From positions 172,715 to 236,714 of the forward strand of contig CAWFMQ010000014.1 in the NCBI GenBank assembly GCA_963816905.1: 64,000 bases of DNA, read 5' to 3'. The translations under genes and the position numbers were made by a program. This stretch comes from an uncultured Chloroflexia bacterium (GTDB taxonomy: Bacteria > Chloroflexota > Limnocylindria > Limnocylindrales > CSP1-4). The notes below the pieces were generated by a model. That model was not told where the DNA came from and did not search any database. It worked only from the letters and a program-made list of their open reading frames with translations. Below are positions 1 to 10,128 of this stretch, piece after piece. The first letter of the stretch is position 1; each line of letters opens with the position of its first letter.

Positions 1-8
1 GTCGACCC

Positions 9-767
9 ATGACCCTGTTCGTGAGCGCGCTGGCGACCGCAATGCTGATTGCGGCATGCGGCGGGTCCGCGACGCCCACGCCGGTGCCCACGCTGTCGCC
101 GACCGTGGCGGCGGCGACTCCGGCCCCGGTCATCACTGCCGCACCGGAAACCCCTGCCCCGGCGACGACCGCGCCGTCGGCTCCGGCTGAGACGATTCCG
201 CCCGCCACGGGTGGGCTGCCGACCCTCCCGGTCGAGAGCCTGCCGCCCATTCCGTCGTACAGCCTGCCGCCCATTCCGTCGTTCAGCTTCACGCCGGACA
301 CGGCACTCGAGGCGATGTTCCCCAAGACGATCCAGGGCCAGCCGGTGAAGGTCCAGTCGCTGCACGCGAGCGACATCGCCGACTCACTCGGCCAGAACCC
401 CGAACAGAAGGCGCTCACCGAGGCGTTCCTGGCGTCCCTGGGCAAGACCATCAACGACGTCACGATCGCGATCGGACAGGTCAGCCTGGAGAGCGGTCCC
501 GAGACCATCACGGCCACCCGGGTCGCCGGAGCGGATGCCAGTGCGCTGCTGCAGGGGGCGATCCAGTTGACCGTGCAGGAGCAGACGAACTCGAGCGACT
601 ACGCCACCGCGACGGTGAACGTCGGGGGCAAGAACGTCACAACGATGACCAACACGAAGGATTCGACCGCGAACGTCGAGTACTTCTACTCGTACGGCGA
701 CACGGTCTTCGAGGTCAGCACGAGCGACCCGGCCATCGCGGCGACGCTGCTCGGCTCGCTGCCCTGA
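9..767 (+). CDS. Secreted lipoprotein, hypothetical (Pro/Ala/Thr-rich linker + C-terminal globular domain)
   Basis: N-terminal signal peptide with lipobox LIAAC; low-complexity PT/PA-rich linker; tandem LPPIPS(Y/F)S motif. No family recognised. Confidence 0.55.
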   Translation: MTLFVSALATAMLIAACGGSATPTPVPTLSPTVAAATPAPVITAAPETPAPATTAPSAPAETIPPATGGLPTLPVESLPPIPSYSLPPIPSFSFTPDTALEAMFPKTIQGQPVKVQSLHASDIADSLGQNPEQKALTEAFLASLGKTINDVTIAIGQVSLESGPETITATRVAGADASALLQGAIQLTVQEQTNSSDYATATVNVGGKNVTTMTNTKDSTANVEYFYSYGDTVFEVSTSDPAIAATLLGSLP

Positions 768-830
768 CCGGCCTGAAATAGCCCTGATGGCCCCGGGCGC
801 ACTCGGCTCGCCGAGGGCGCCCGCTCGGGC

Positions 831-2213
831 TCATCCACCGGACAGGCCACCCTCCCGGACGACCCGGTGCACGGCGCGAGCGTACATGGCGACCGCCTCG
901 TCGACATCGGCCTCGGTCATCACCCCTGACGTCCATGCATGGTTGCCGCCGAGGATGTCGAGCCCCTCCACCATCTGCGCCCCCTGCATCAGCCTGAGCA
1001 GCGGCTGGCGAGTGCCTTCGAGCAGGCGCGCCGTCTCGACCGCGTCGGTGAACTCGACCGGATCGTGGAGCGGCGGGAGGTCGTCGCCGTTGACGATCCT
1101 CACGGACGAACGCGTGCCGTAGGCGCAGCCGCGAACCCCGGCCTCCTTCATCACCAGGTTCAACCCCAGCCTGAGCCGGTCGGCCATGTCGGCCGCCCGG
1201 TCCTGCACGGACCCGTCGGCGAGCAGTTGCGTCGCAACGACCCCGACCGCCGCCGACAGCGGATTCCCGCTGTACGTGCCCATGTGGCGAACGCGCCCGT
1301 GGCGGTTCCACTCGGCGTCGTCGCGGAAGGTGATGTCGGACATGACGTCGGCCCTGCCGGCGACGGCGCCGGACGGCACACCGGCGCAGATCGCCTTCGC
1401 GAAGCTCGCCAGGTCCGGCGTGACGCCGTAGTACTCCTGTGCCCCGCCGGGCGCCATGCGAAAGCCCGTGACGACCTCGTCGAAGATGAGCAACGTGCCG
1501 TAGGCGCGGGTCAGGTCGCGGACAGCCTCCAGGTAGCCGGGAGGCACCGGGACCGTCCCGCCGACCGGGCCGTCGGCCTCGAGGATGACGGCCGCGACAT
1601 CGCGAGGGCGGAGCGCGTCCTCCATCGCTGCGAGGTCGTTCAGGGGGACAGCGCGCATCGTCGATGCGAGCGCCCTGGGCACACCGCTGGTGAACGGCTC
1701 GTCGTACGGGGGCAGGTAGCCGATCATGCCGTAGTCGTGCCAGCCGTGGAAATGGCCGTGGATCCGGACGATGACGTCACGGCCCGTGTGGCCGCGCGCG
1801 ACCCGCATGGCGAGCATCGTCGCCTCGGTCCCGCTGAGGACGAAGCGAACCATCTCCGCGCTCGGGACCATCCGAACGATGTTTTCCGCCCACTCGATCT
1901 CCAGCGGCGTGGGCGCCGACGCGTTGGTGACCTGCCCGGCCTGATCCTGGAGCGCTTTCACGATGGCGGGATGCGAATGGCCCAGCATCAGCGCGCCGTG
2001 GCCACAGCACAGGTCGACAAACTCGTTCCCGTCGACATCCCACTTGCGGCATCCGGACGCGTGATCGACATAGACGGGGAAGGGAACGATGCGTCGCAGG
2101 TCGTGGTGGACGCCGGACGGGCTGACGGCACGGGCGCGTTCCCAGAACACCGCCGAGCCCGCGAACCTGGCCCGGTACGCCGAATCGATGCTCATTCCGG
2201 TGTCCACGGCCAT
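831..2213 (-). CDS. Class III PLP-dependent aminotransferase (glutamate-1-semialdehyde 2,1-aminomutase-like)
   Basis: Long intact ORF with motifs typical of AT-III/HemL family (LIFDEVVTGFR, TYSGNPLS). The real start may be an internal Met. Confidence 0.75.
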   Translation of the reverse strand: MAVDTGMSIDSAYRARFAGSAVFWERARAVSPSGVHHDLRRIVPFPVYVDHASGCRKWDVDGNEFVDLCCGHGALMLGHSHPAIVKALQDQAGQVTNASAPTPLEIEWAENIVRMVPSAEMVRFVLSGTEATMLAMRVARGHTGRDVIVRIHGHFHGWHDYGMIGYLPPYDEPFTSGVPRALASTMRAVPLNDLAAMEDALRPRDVAAVILEADGPVGGTVPVPPGYLEAVRDLTRAYGTLLIFDEVVTGFRMAPGGAQEYYGVTPDLASFAKAICAGVPSGAVAGRADVMSDITFRDDAEWNRHGRVRHMGTYSGNPLSAAVGVVATQLLADGSVQDRAADMADRLRLGLNLVMKEAGVRGCAYGTRSSVRIVNGDDLPPLHDPVEFTDAVETARLLEGTRQPLLRLMQGAQMVEGLDILGGNHAWTSGVMTEADVDEAVAMYARAVHRVVREGGLSGG

Positions 2214-2966
2214 CGTTTCTCCCGATCCGTCGGCGGTTGGCGTCAGTTGCGCGGCCGTCGAGCCCAGGCGGGAATCGGCGACGCGCCACAGCCTACGGCG
2301 CAGCTGCGTTTCGCGCGCGGCGGAGGGCGCGCCAGGCGGTCAGGGAAGGCGCCCGAAGTCGCCCGCCGACGACGCAGCTGCCGGCGCACGCGGCTGCGCC
2401 GCGGGCTGGTCCTGCCCGCTCCTCGTCACGCCCGTTCGGCACGCGTCGCGGCCGCTCGCAGACGACTCGCCGCGGCCGGGCAGGCGCTTCGCGCCGCGCG
2501 ATGCGGCGAGGCTCGCGACCGGTGCCGGTGTGCTGGGAGGTGCGAGTGGGCCGGCCACACGCCTGACGCGGGCGAAGGGATCGCGGGCGTGGCGGCGAGC
2601 CGAGTTGTATCTCAAATCGGACGCCATTGGCCTACTACAACGCCTGGCGGGTTCCGGATTGTCACAGATCGGCGGCTCGATGCCGGATTGAGCAGAAGTA
2701 GCGCCACCGACGCGATTCTTCCGGACGCACGCAGCCGAAATGTGGCAAACCGGCCGGCGCGGGTGGCCCTCACGCATGTTCACAAGCCCCAGGCGCTCGG
2801 AACGACCGACGCGAGGGTGCCCGCGAGGGCCGGCGGAGCACTGGCGGGTGCAACTCGCACGTCCGCTGCACAAGGAGCGCCGACCGGCGACTTCGCCGGA
2901 CAGGGCGCCGAGCGTGCGACCCGCATCGCGTCACCGGGAGCATGATGGGGAGAAACGGAGGTTCCC

Positions 2967-3816
2967 ATGCCCGAACCGCGAATCCTGGTGACCGGTCTCA
3001 TGTTCGGCGAGTCGCCGCGGTGGCACGAGGACCGCCTGTGGTTCTGCAACTGGGGCAGGCAGGAGGTCGTTGCCGTCGACCTCGACGGCAGGAGTGAGGT
3101 CGTCCTCCGCGTGCCGACCACGATTCCGTTCTCGCATCGACTGGCTGCCCGATGGTCGCCTGCTCGTCGTCTCGGGGCGAGAGGGACTGCTGCTGCGGCA
3201 GGAGCCCGATGGGTCGCTCGCCACGCACGCCGACCTCAGCGCGATCGACCACGGTTTCAACGAGATCGTGGTGGACGGCCGCGGCAACGCCTACGTCAAC
3301 GGCGGCGGCTTCGACCTGATGGCCGGCGAGGCGTTCGCTCCCGGCATCATCGCCCTCGTCACGCCCGACGGCTGCGCGCGACAGGTGGCCGATGGCATCG
3401 CCTTCCCGAATGGCATGGCCGTGACCGGCGACAACTCGACGCTGATCATCGCCGAGTCGTACGGCCGGCGGCTGACAGCGTTCGACATCGCCGCGGACGG
3501 CGGCCTGTCGAACCGCCGTGTCTGGGCCGACCTCGGTGATGGCTATCCGGATGGCATCTGCATCGACGCGGAGGACGCCGTCTGGTACGCGGACGTCCCC
3601 AACATGCGCTGCGTGCGGGTCGGTGAAGGCGGAGACGTGCTGCAGACGGTCAACCTGGACCGCGGGTGCTTCGCGTGCATGCTCGGCGGCCCGGACGGGA
3701 CGACGCTGTTCATGATGGCGGCCGAGTGGCACGGTGCCGCAAAGATGGCCGAGGCGGAACCGACAGGCCAGGTGTTGACGATCGAGGCGCCATGGCCGCA
3801 CGCTGGTTGGCCGTGA
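2967..3816 (+). CDS. SMP-30/gluconolactonase/LRE family protein (apparent +1 frameshift near 3140)
   Basis: RBS GGAGAAACGGAGG before ATG 2967. N-terminus is in frame 0, the remainder in frame 1 (ORF 3070..3816). Family motifs: IAFPNGMAV, GYPDGICID. Confidence 0.7.
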
Positions 3817-4040
3817 GACGTGGAGTTCGGCACTCGTCGGGGCGAGCGAGGGGCCCGGCGGCGAACGCCGCGCGCGTGACAGGCGACGAACTCCGCGCCG
3901 ACTGCCGCCGATGGCGGATCAGCCGCACATGGGGCGCTTCCCGCTCGATCTGGCGAACCGCGACGTGTGCGGGCCGCCACCGGGCAGCGTCCGACGTGGT
4001 AGGTTTCGTTTGCACGGGATCCGAGGATCCCGCGGCCCGG

Positions 4041-4116
4041 GCGGGAGTAGCTCAGTTGGCAGAGCGTCAGCCTTCCAAGCTGAATGTCGCGAGTTCGAAC
4101 CTCGTCTCCCGCTCCA
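4041..4116 (+). tRNA. tRNA-Gly (anticodon UCC)
   Basis: Manual cloverleaf fold: acceptor GCGGGAG/CTCCCGC, D-arm GCTC/GAGC, anticodon loop CTTCCAA, T-arm with TTCGAAC loop, discriminator U plus encoded CCA. Confidence 0.85.
4070..4116 (+). repeat. 47-bp direct repeat (attL-like) = 3' half of tRNA-Gly
   Basis: Identical 47-mer GCCTTCCAAGCTGAATGTCGCGAGTTCGAACCTCGTCTCCCGCTCCA occurs again at 15310-15356. Confidence 0.8.
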
Positions 4117-4289
4117 ATTCTCGTTTTGTGCTCGTGGCGACACGATAACTGCGTCGCGCCTGCATCGGATGGAGCGGCGAATGTGCCCCATCCGGGTGCT
4201 ACAACGCTTCGTCAAGCCCAGCTCAGTTGGGACCGCGGTTGCACCAGGCGACCGCCCGGGGGACCCGTCGCATGGGTGCAAAAGCGAGC

Positions 4290-4900
4290 TACGCCGCCGC
4301 AGAGGCTCAGCCTGCATCGGCCAGCCCGGCAGGAACATGGGCACGCGTGCGGCGTAAGCGCCGTAAGGCGCTCCCGAAGTAGTCGGTCAGGAGCCGCTCT
4401 TCGGCCCGCGACCGAGCCACGAACGCGGGGTGTAGCGCCAGCCACCAGAACCGGTCGGTCCGACCACGTCAACTTCGTCGACGACTCGGCGACGGCTGCC
4501 GACACGCGCCCCGAGGTCCAATGGCCGGGATTTCTGGCGGTGGTTGGCCGCGCAGATGAACCGCACGGTAGCCGCTCACGCACGGCGCCCCGCGAAGTAC
4601 GGCGCCCACAGCCCGATCTCGACGCCGAACGCGGTGTGCCCGAGGAGCATGGTCCGGTTGAGCCGGACCGGAGACCGAACCAGCCGTAGCCCAACGAGGG
4701 GAACAGGACGACGAGCGGTAGCGCGGCCGTCGCGATGCCGAACACCGTGCCTGTCGGGAAGCTCGGTCGCCCATTCCCGCGACGCGGAAGCAGCAGGAAT
4801 GCCTGCGTGAGGATGATGCCCGTGCCGTAGTGCGTGAGGAGACCCAGCCCGAGCTCACCGCGCCGCGCCGGTTCGCTCCTGATGTCATCGTGGCTCCCCC
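4290..4900 (-). pseudogene. Possible ICMT/PEMT-family membrane methyltransferase remnant (multiple frame changes)
   Basis: Minus-strand fragments ...RTDRFWWLALHPAFVARSRAEERLLTDYFGS / AYGAYAARVPMFLPGW resemble the C-terminal EE..L...FG..Y..Y...V.R motif of isoprenylcysteine carboxyl methyltransferase-like proteins. The fragments lie in different frames. Confidence 0.25.
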
Positions 4901-5783
4901 GGCCGCGCCCCAGGTCGGCGGCCCAGCGGCCGATCATGTCCGGGCCGAGACGGTCGGAGGAGAAGGCGGTCCCACCGAGTCGACTGGCGGCCACCATGGC
5001 GACGTCCATGGTGATGGTCGCCAGCACGCCCGCGGGAGCCCCGGCCGGGACACGGATCGAGCGGCTGTCACGGACGCGAATTGCCCGGCCATTATCCGTC
5101 GCCGCCGCGGGCTCTCGGAGGCGGATATGACCAGAGACCATGCTGAAGGCGGTCGCACCGGAAGCTACTGGAGCCGATGTCATCGGCCTCGCCCGGATCG
5201 CCCCATGACCGTGAAGCAGCGACAGCGACAGGTCCGAATGGCTCTGCGCTGGCCACGGATGCGACGACGTGTGGCCGAACCACCAGACGGACGGGCATCG
5301 GGATGGCTGCGGCGAGCAACGGTCGCGGAGGCGGATGATGCGGTCATGGCGTTCGCGGGGGCGACAGCGGCGTCTCCCGACTGGCGCCTCGGGCTGTGGC
5401 TGGGCAGCGCAGGGTTGCTCGGCGGGGCCATCGGGTGCGACTCCAGCCTCGGCTGCCTGAGCGTCGGCTGCGGCGCGGGCTTGGAGCGCTGGCGGTGTGC
5501 CTGGCGATCGGGTACCTCGACGCAGCGATCGTCAGATAATGAACCCGCATGTTCGCGCGCACCGACGCAGGCGCGGGCCCTCGGGACGCGGAACCACTGC
5601 GGGAGGGCTGCAGGCGAGCGTCCTCGTTCCGGACGATGGCTCGAACGTTCGTATGGGCTCGCGCTTGACGAGCACCAGACCAGCCGGCTCGCCGATCACC
5701 AGCCGACCTGCTGTTCGGCCCGTCGCATCAGGGCCGTCTGCATCTGTCATATCTCAGCGCGCGTTGAGACAGTTCGCACTGAG

Positions 5784-6534
5784 ATGTTGCTCGTCCTCAC
5801 CCCGCTGCTCTTCGGCCTGTCGTTCCTCTCGGGAATGATGGGCCTCGGGGTCGCCTTCGTCGCGATCCCGGTCCTGGGCCTCTTCGGCTACGACCTCAAG
5901 GACGTCATCCAGCCCTGGGCGCTGCTGCTCAACGGCCTGACCGCGATCAGCAGCGCGGTCGTCTTCTGGCGGGCCGGGATGGTCGATCGGCGCGGGCGCG
6001 GCACTGCTCGTGGTCATCACGACGATCGGCGCGCCACTCGGCGTCTGGCTCCTCAGCTTCGCCTCGACCACGCTCGTGTGGTGGCTGTACGTGGGGGTGC
6101 TCGTCTTCCTCGCGGTCCGGATGCTGCTGCCCAAGCGAAAGGCCAGCGAGGACCTCGCGACGATCACCGACAAGGCTCGGCTCGAGGCGGGGGCGGCGGC
6201 CGTGCCCATCTCGGTCTTCGCGGGCTTCCTGGGCGTGGGGCCCGGGTTCCTCCTCATGCCGACGCTGACGCTCGTGGGCTACTCGGCGCGTCTCGCGGCC
6301 GCGACCAACTCGGTGGCGGTGATCCTGCCCTCGTTCTCCGCCTTCGCCGGCCACCTCGGGACCGCCACGTTCGACTGGCTGACCGTGATCGTGACCTCGA
6401 TCGCGGCGGTCATCGGCGCCTGGCTCGGCGCCCGTTTCACGGCCGGACGAGTCAAGAGCGCAACGCTCTCGCGGATCTTCGCCGTCGCGCTCATCATCCT
6501 CGCGCTGCAGCGCGCCTGGATCCTCCTCTCGTGA
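5784..6534 (+). CDS. Sulfite exporter TauE/SafE family membrane protein (frameshift near 5985)
   Basis: ATG 5784 (MLLVLTPLLFGLSFLSGMMGLG...) in frame 0 continues in ORF 6010..6534 (frame 1). Multi-TM DUF81/TauE pattern with two Gly-rich half-domains. Confidence 0.7.
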
Positions 6535-7016
6535 GCACGCCCACCGAATCCGGAACGCGGCTGGTCCGGACGACGCACGAGGTGCACCCGGTGAACCTGC
6601 TCGATGCCGCGAGCGCCCCCGGCGAGCGCACCCGCGTCCACGGCGTTCTCTGGGACGGCGTCCTCAACGCCACGCCCGAGGACACGCTCGACGGCCCGTT
6701 GCCGATCGAAGCGCTGCTGGCGGCACTGGCCGGCTGTGTCATCCGCACCCTCCGCTCCGTGACCGACGCGGCGCACGTCCGCTTCGAGCACGTGCAGTTG
6801 CATGTCGCCGCCGAGCGATCCGACGATCCGCCGGCCATCACCCGCATCCGCCTCGACATCGCCGCCGACACCGAGGTCGCGGTCGAGGAGGCCCGCCGCC
6901 TGGTCGAGCTCGCCCTTCACAACGGCACGATCACCCGCACCGTGGCGCGCGGGACCTCGCTCGACGTTCACCTTGCACTCAACGGCACGCCCACGGAGGT
7001 GACCTATGCCGACTGA
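6531..7016 (+). CDS. OsmC/Ohr family protein
   Basis: GTG 6531 overlaps the tauE stop. ~160 aa with OsmC signature ...ALLAALAGCVIRTL.... Confidence 0.65.
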   Translation: MSTPTESGTRLVRTTHEVHPVNLLDAASAPGERTRVHGVLWDGVLNATPEDTLDGPLPIEALLAALAGCVIRTLRSVTDAAHVRFEHVQLHVAAERSDDPPAITRIRLDIAADTEVAVEEARRLVELALHNGTITRTVARGTSLDVHLALNGTPTEVTYAD

Positions 7017-7335
7017 ACTGATCGTCATCCCTCAGCTGCGGATGGATCTGCCGGCGCCCCGGGTCGACGACGCCGTCGCCGCGGCGGCGCTCATCGCCGA
7101 CCGGACGCGCGCGGGCATCCTGCGCATGCTGCGCGACGGGCCGCACTGCGTGTGCGAGCTGGCCGCCGCCCTGGGCGAGCGACAGAACAACGTCTCGATG
7201 CACCTGGCGCGACTTCGCGAGGCCGGCCTGGTGCGCCAGGTCCGGCACGAGGGCGACGCTCGCCGGGTCTACTACGAGCGCGACGAGGCGGCCCTGGCGG
7301 CGGCCGGCCGCGCCATCGCCGAGGTGCTCGCATGA
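7006..7335 (+). CDS. ArsR/SmtB family transcriptional regulator
   Basis: 109 aa. HTH ...ILRMLRDGPHCVCELAAALGERQNNVSMHLARLREAGLV... with a CVC metal-site motif. ATG overlaps the osmC stop. Confidence 0.8.
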   Translation: MPTELIVIPQLRMDLPAPRVDDAVAAAALIADRTRAGILRMLRDGPHCVCELAAALGERQNNVSMHLARLREAGLVRQVRHEGDARRVYYERDEAALAAAGRAIAEVLA

Positions 7336-8398
7336 CGACGCTCGCGGTCCGCCGGGCGCACGTGCCTCTGCCGCTCGTCGTCGGCGCGCCGTCGGCGTCT
7401 GGCTCATCGCCTGGATCCTCAACGCGCCGCTGGCGGACTGGGCCGCCTTCACCGCCCTGGGGCTTGAGCGCGGCAGCCACCTCGGTGAAGCCGTGGCCTT
7501 CTTCCTGCTCGACGTGCCCAAGGTGCTCCTGCTGCTGCTCGGCATCGTGACCGTCGTTACGCTCATCCGCGGCTTCTTCTCGCCCGAGCGGGTGCGATCG
7601 GCACTCGTGGGCCGGGGGCTCCTGGCGGGGACCTGCGCGGCCGCCTCGTTCGGCGTCGTGACGCCGTTCTGTTCCTGCTCCGCGGTGCCGCTCTTCATCG
7701 GCTTCGTGGAGGCAGGCGTCCCGCTCGGCGTCACCTTCGCGTTCCTCATCAGCAGCCCGATGGTCAACGAGGTCGCGCTGGTGCTGCTGTGGGGCCTCTT
7801 CGGACCCTGGATCGCGCTCACCTACATGGCCGCGGGCCTGGTCGTCGCCGTCGTCGGCGGCCTGGTCATCGGCCGGCTGCACATGGAGCGCTTCGTCGAG
7901 GACTACGTCTGGGCCCTGCAGGGCACCGGCACGGCGACCGTCGAGGTGCAGCTCACCTGGGCGGAGCGGCTCTCCGACGCCTGGCGCTACACGAAGGATC
8001 TTGTGCGGCGGATCGCGCCGTATCTCCTCATCGGGATCGGCATCGGCGCGTTCATCCACGGCTACGTGCCGACGGAGCTCGTGGCCTCGATCGGCGGGCG
8101 GGGCAACCCGCTCGCGGTGCCGCTCGTGGTGCTCATCGCGATCCCGCTCTACTCGAACGCCGCGGGCACCATCCCGATCGTCCAGGCGCTGCTGGCCAAG
8201 GGCATGCCGATGGGCACCACCCTCGCCTTCATGATGGCCATCACGGCCATCAGCCTGCCCGAGTTCATCATCCTGCGCCGCGTCATCAAGAAGCCCCTCA
8301 TGGCGGTCTTCGCGACGGTCGTGACGATCGGGGTCCTGTTCATCGGCTACCTGTTCAACGTCCTCATCCCGCTGACTCGGAAAGGAGTTCCACCGTGA
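7332..8398 (+). CDS. DUF318/ArsP-like permease (TPFCSCS motif); frameshift near 7385
   Basis: ATG 7332 in frame 0 ([13 protein letters not shown]..), then the body in frame 2 (ORF 7493..8398). Conserved TPFCSCS motif as in organoarsenical efflux permease ArsP. Multi-TM. Confidence 0.65.
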
Positions 8399-8634
8399 AG
8401 AAGATCGAGGTCCTCGGACCCGGCTGCAACAACTGCAAGGCGCTTGAGAAGGCGGCCCGCCAGGCGGTGGCGATGGCCGGTGTCGATGCGGAGGTCGTGA
8501 AGGTCACCGACTACCGCGAGATCGCCGCCTACGGCGTCATGCACACGCCCGGCCTCGTCATCGACGGCAAGGTCGTGAGCGCGGGCCGGATCCCGAGCGC
8601 CGGCGACATCGCGGAGTGGCTCTTCGAGGACTGA
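8395..8634 (+). CDS. Thioredoxin-family 'redox-active disulfide protein 2'
   Basis: GTG 8395 preceded by GGAAAGGAG. 79 aa: [18 protein letters not shown]... Canonical partner of DUF318 permeases. Confidence 0.75.
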   Translation: MKKIEVLGPGCNNCKALEKAARQAVAMAGVDAEVVKVTDYREIAAYGVMHTPGLVIDGKVVSAGRIPSAGDIAEWLFED

Positions 8635-8728
8635 GGCGTCGTCGACGGCCCGGAACCTGCCGTTCGGCAGGTCGGAATCGGGCCAACAGACAAACGGCGG
8701 TTGTACAAACGCGCGTTAGGGTGTCGGC

Positions 8729-9148
8729 ATGGAGCATGACCCGCACGCCGTCACGCACGTCGCCTGCAGCGAGAGCGATCTCGCCGCGCTGCAGGCCATC
8801 GCCGAACCCAATCGGGCCCGGATCATCGAGTTCCTGGGTCATGGCGAGCACTGCGTCTGCGATGTCGGAGGCGCCCTCGCCATGAGCCCGGCACTCGTGT
8901 CGCACCATCTGCGCGTGCTCCGGGCGAACGGCCTGCTCCTCGAGCGGCGCAGCGGGCGCTGGGGGTACTACGCGCTCGACCTCGACCGGCTGGCTCGTCT
9001 GCGTGCCGTGGTCGTCGAGCTGCTCACCCCGACCAGTGCCGCCGCCAGCGCCTGCCTGTGCTCGGATTGCGGCCCCGCGAAGCAGACCGTGGGTACACGC
9101 CGCGATCCGTTCCGGCGGCTGCCGGTGTTCACCGGGACCGCCCGATGA
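8729..9148 (+). CDS. ArsR family transcriptional regulator with Cys-rich C-terminal tail
   Basis: HTH ...RIIEFLGHGEHCVCDVGGALAMSPALVSHHLRVLRANGLL...; C-terminal ...ACLCSDCGP.... Confidence 0.75.
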   Translation: MEHDPHAVTHVACSESDLAALQAIAEPNRARIIEFLGHGEHCVCDVGGALAMSPALVSHHLRVLRANGLLLERRSGRWGYYALDLDRLARLRAVVVELLTPTSAAASACLCSDCGPAKQTVGTRRDPFRRLPVFTGTAR

Positions 9149-9501
9149 GCTGCCCGGTCCTGGTGGTCGGGTTGCCATCGCCGGCGGGCTGCCCGTCCGC
9201 CCAGACCTGGCGCACCGCGGCCGAGACGCTCGAGAGCCGCCTCCTCGCGCGCTTCGGGCCTGCCGTCAACTTCGAGTACGCCGAGCTGTTCAGCCCCGAC
9301 ATGGTCGGCCATCCCGACGTCGAGGCGTGGGTGGCGGCGGGCGAGGCGATGCCGCCGATCGTCGTCATCGACGGTGTCCGTCGCTTCGCCGGCGGCAAGC
9401 TGCTCTTCTCGGCCATCGAGCGCGCCGTCGCCGAGATCCTGGCGCGGCAACCGGTGTCCCTCGGAGCCGACGCTGGATCTGCGGGTGCGAGCCGTGGGTG
9501 A
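9145..9501 (+). CDS. ArsD-like protein lacking the Cys12-Cys13 metalloid-binding pair
   Basis: ATG 9145 overlaps the arsR stop. C-terminal half ...AWVAAGEAMPPIVVIDGVRRFAGGKL... parallels the ArsD thioredoxin-like fold (..LPLLLLDGETVMAG..). The N-terminus has only a single Cys (PAGCPS). Confidence 0.4.
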   Translation: MSCPVLVVGLPSPAGCPSAQTWRTAAETLESRLLARFGPAVNFEYAELFSPDMVGHPDVEAWVAAGEAMPPIVVIDGVRRFAGGKLLFSAIERAVAEILARQPVSLGADAGSAGASRG

Positions 9502-9570
9502 GGTCACCGATGGCCGGTCGCACCCCACCGATCCCTTCGAGCGGGGCTCGTGCTGCCCACCGGGTCAGTG
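9500..9570 (+). pseudogene. ArsD N-terminal fragment (DPFERGSCCPPGQCGPVFE)
   Basis: Short stretch in frame 2 carrying the vicinal-Cys CCxxGxCG motif of ArsD. It diverges after ~25 aa. No start codon. Confidence 0.4.
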
Positions 9571-9749
9571 CGGCCCGGTGTTCGAGACATCGCTCCTCGA
9601 ACTCCTGGTCAGGGGCGTTCGCCGGCGCCTCGATCGCCGGCGGGACGCTGCGAGCGCTGGTCCTGCCAGGCGCCCGCTGACCGACGTTTCGGAATTCACC
9701 CCGCCGTCGGTGCCGACACCGGCATCGCGGACAGCAAAGGATGTGCCGC

Positions 9750-10106
9750 ATGACTGACCAAGTCCCGGGCCGGGCGGCTCCCGATGTGGAACTCTTCGAC
9801 CCGCCGCTGTGCTGCCCGACCGGGCTGTGCGGTCCCGTGCTCGACACCACGCTCGTCGATCTCGGCGAGGCGTGCATCACGCTCCAGGCCGAGGGCCATA
9901 CCGTCGTCCGCCACATGATGACCGCCGAGCCGCAGGCCTTCATGCGCAACCGCGACGTCTTCGAGCTCATCCGGGCGCGCCAGCTCGACGTGCTGCCGAT
10001 CACCGTCGTCCGGGGCGTGGTCGTCAAGACCGACGCCTACCCCAGCCTCGACGAGCTCCGCGACGCGCTCGAGCCACCCCGTCGACGCCGCCGCACCCGC
10101 GCATAA
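9750..10106 (+). CDS. arsD: Arsenical resistance metallochaperone/repressor ArsD
   Basis: RBS AAAGGA 8 nt before ATG 9750. ...ELFDPPLCCPTGLCGPVLDTTLVDL... matches ArsD (FDPAMCCSTGVCG) over its full ~115 aa length. Confidence 0.75.
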   Translation: MTDQVPGRAAPDVELFDPPLCCPTGLCGPVLDTTLVDLGEACITLQAEGHTVVRHMMTAEPQAFMRNRDVFELIRARQLDVLPITVVRGVVVKTDAYPSLDELRDALEPPRRRRRTRA

Positions 10107-10128
10107 CCGGCCCCCGAAAGGATCCCTC

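Noticed and set aside
939-2945. 668-aa plus-strand ORF
   Set aside because: Antisense to the well-conserved class III aminotransferase. The low-complexity RG-rich translation is typical of a spurious ORF in high-GC DNA.
4830-7016. 728-aa plus-strand ORF
   Set aside because: Composite: the first ~950 nt have no protein-like features (GC-rich open frame). It then covers the TauE N-terminus, antisense or shifted TauE sequence, and the OsmC gene.
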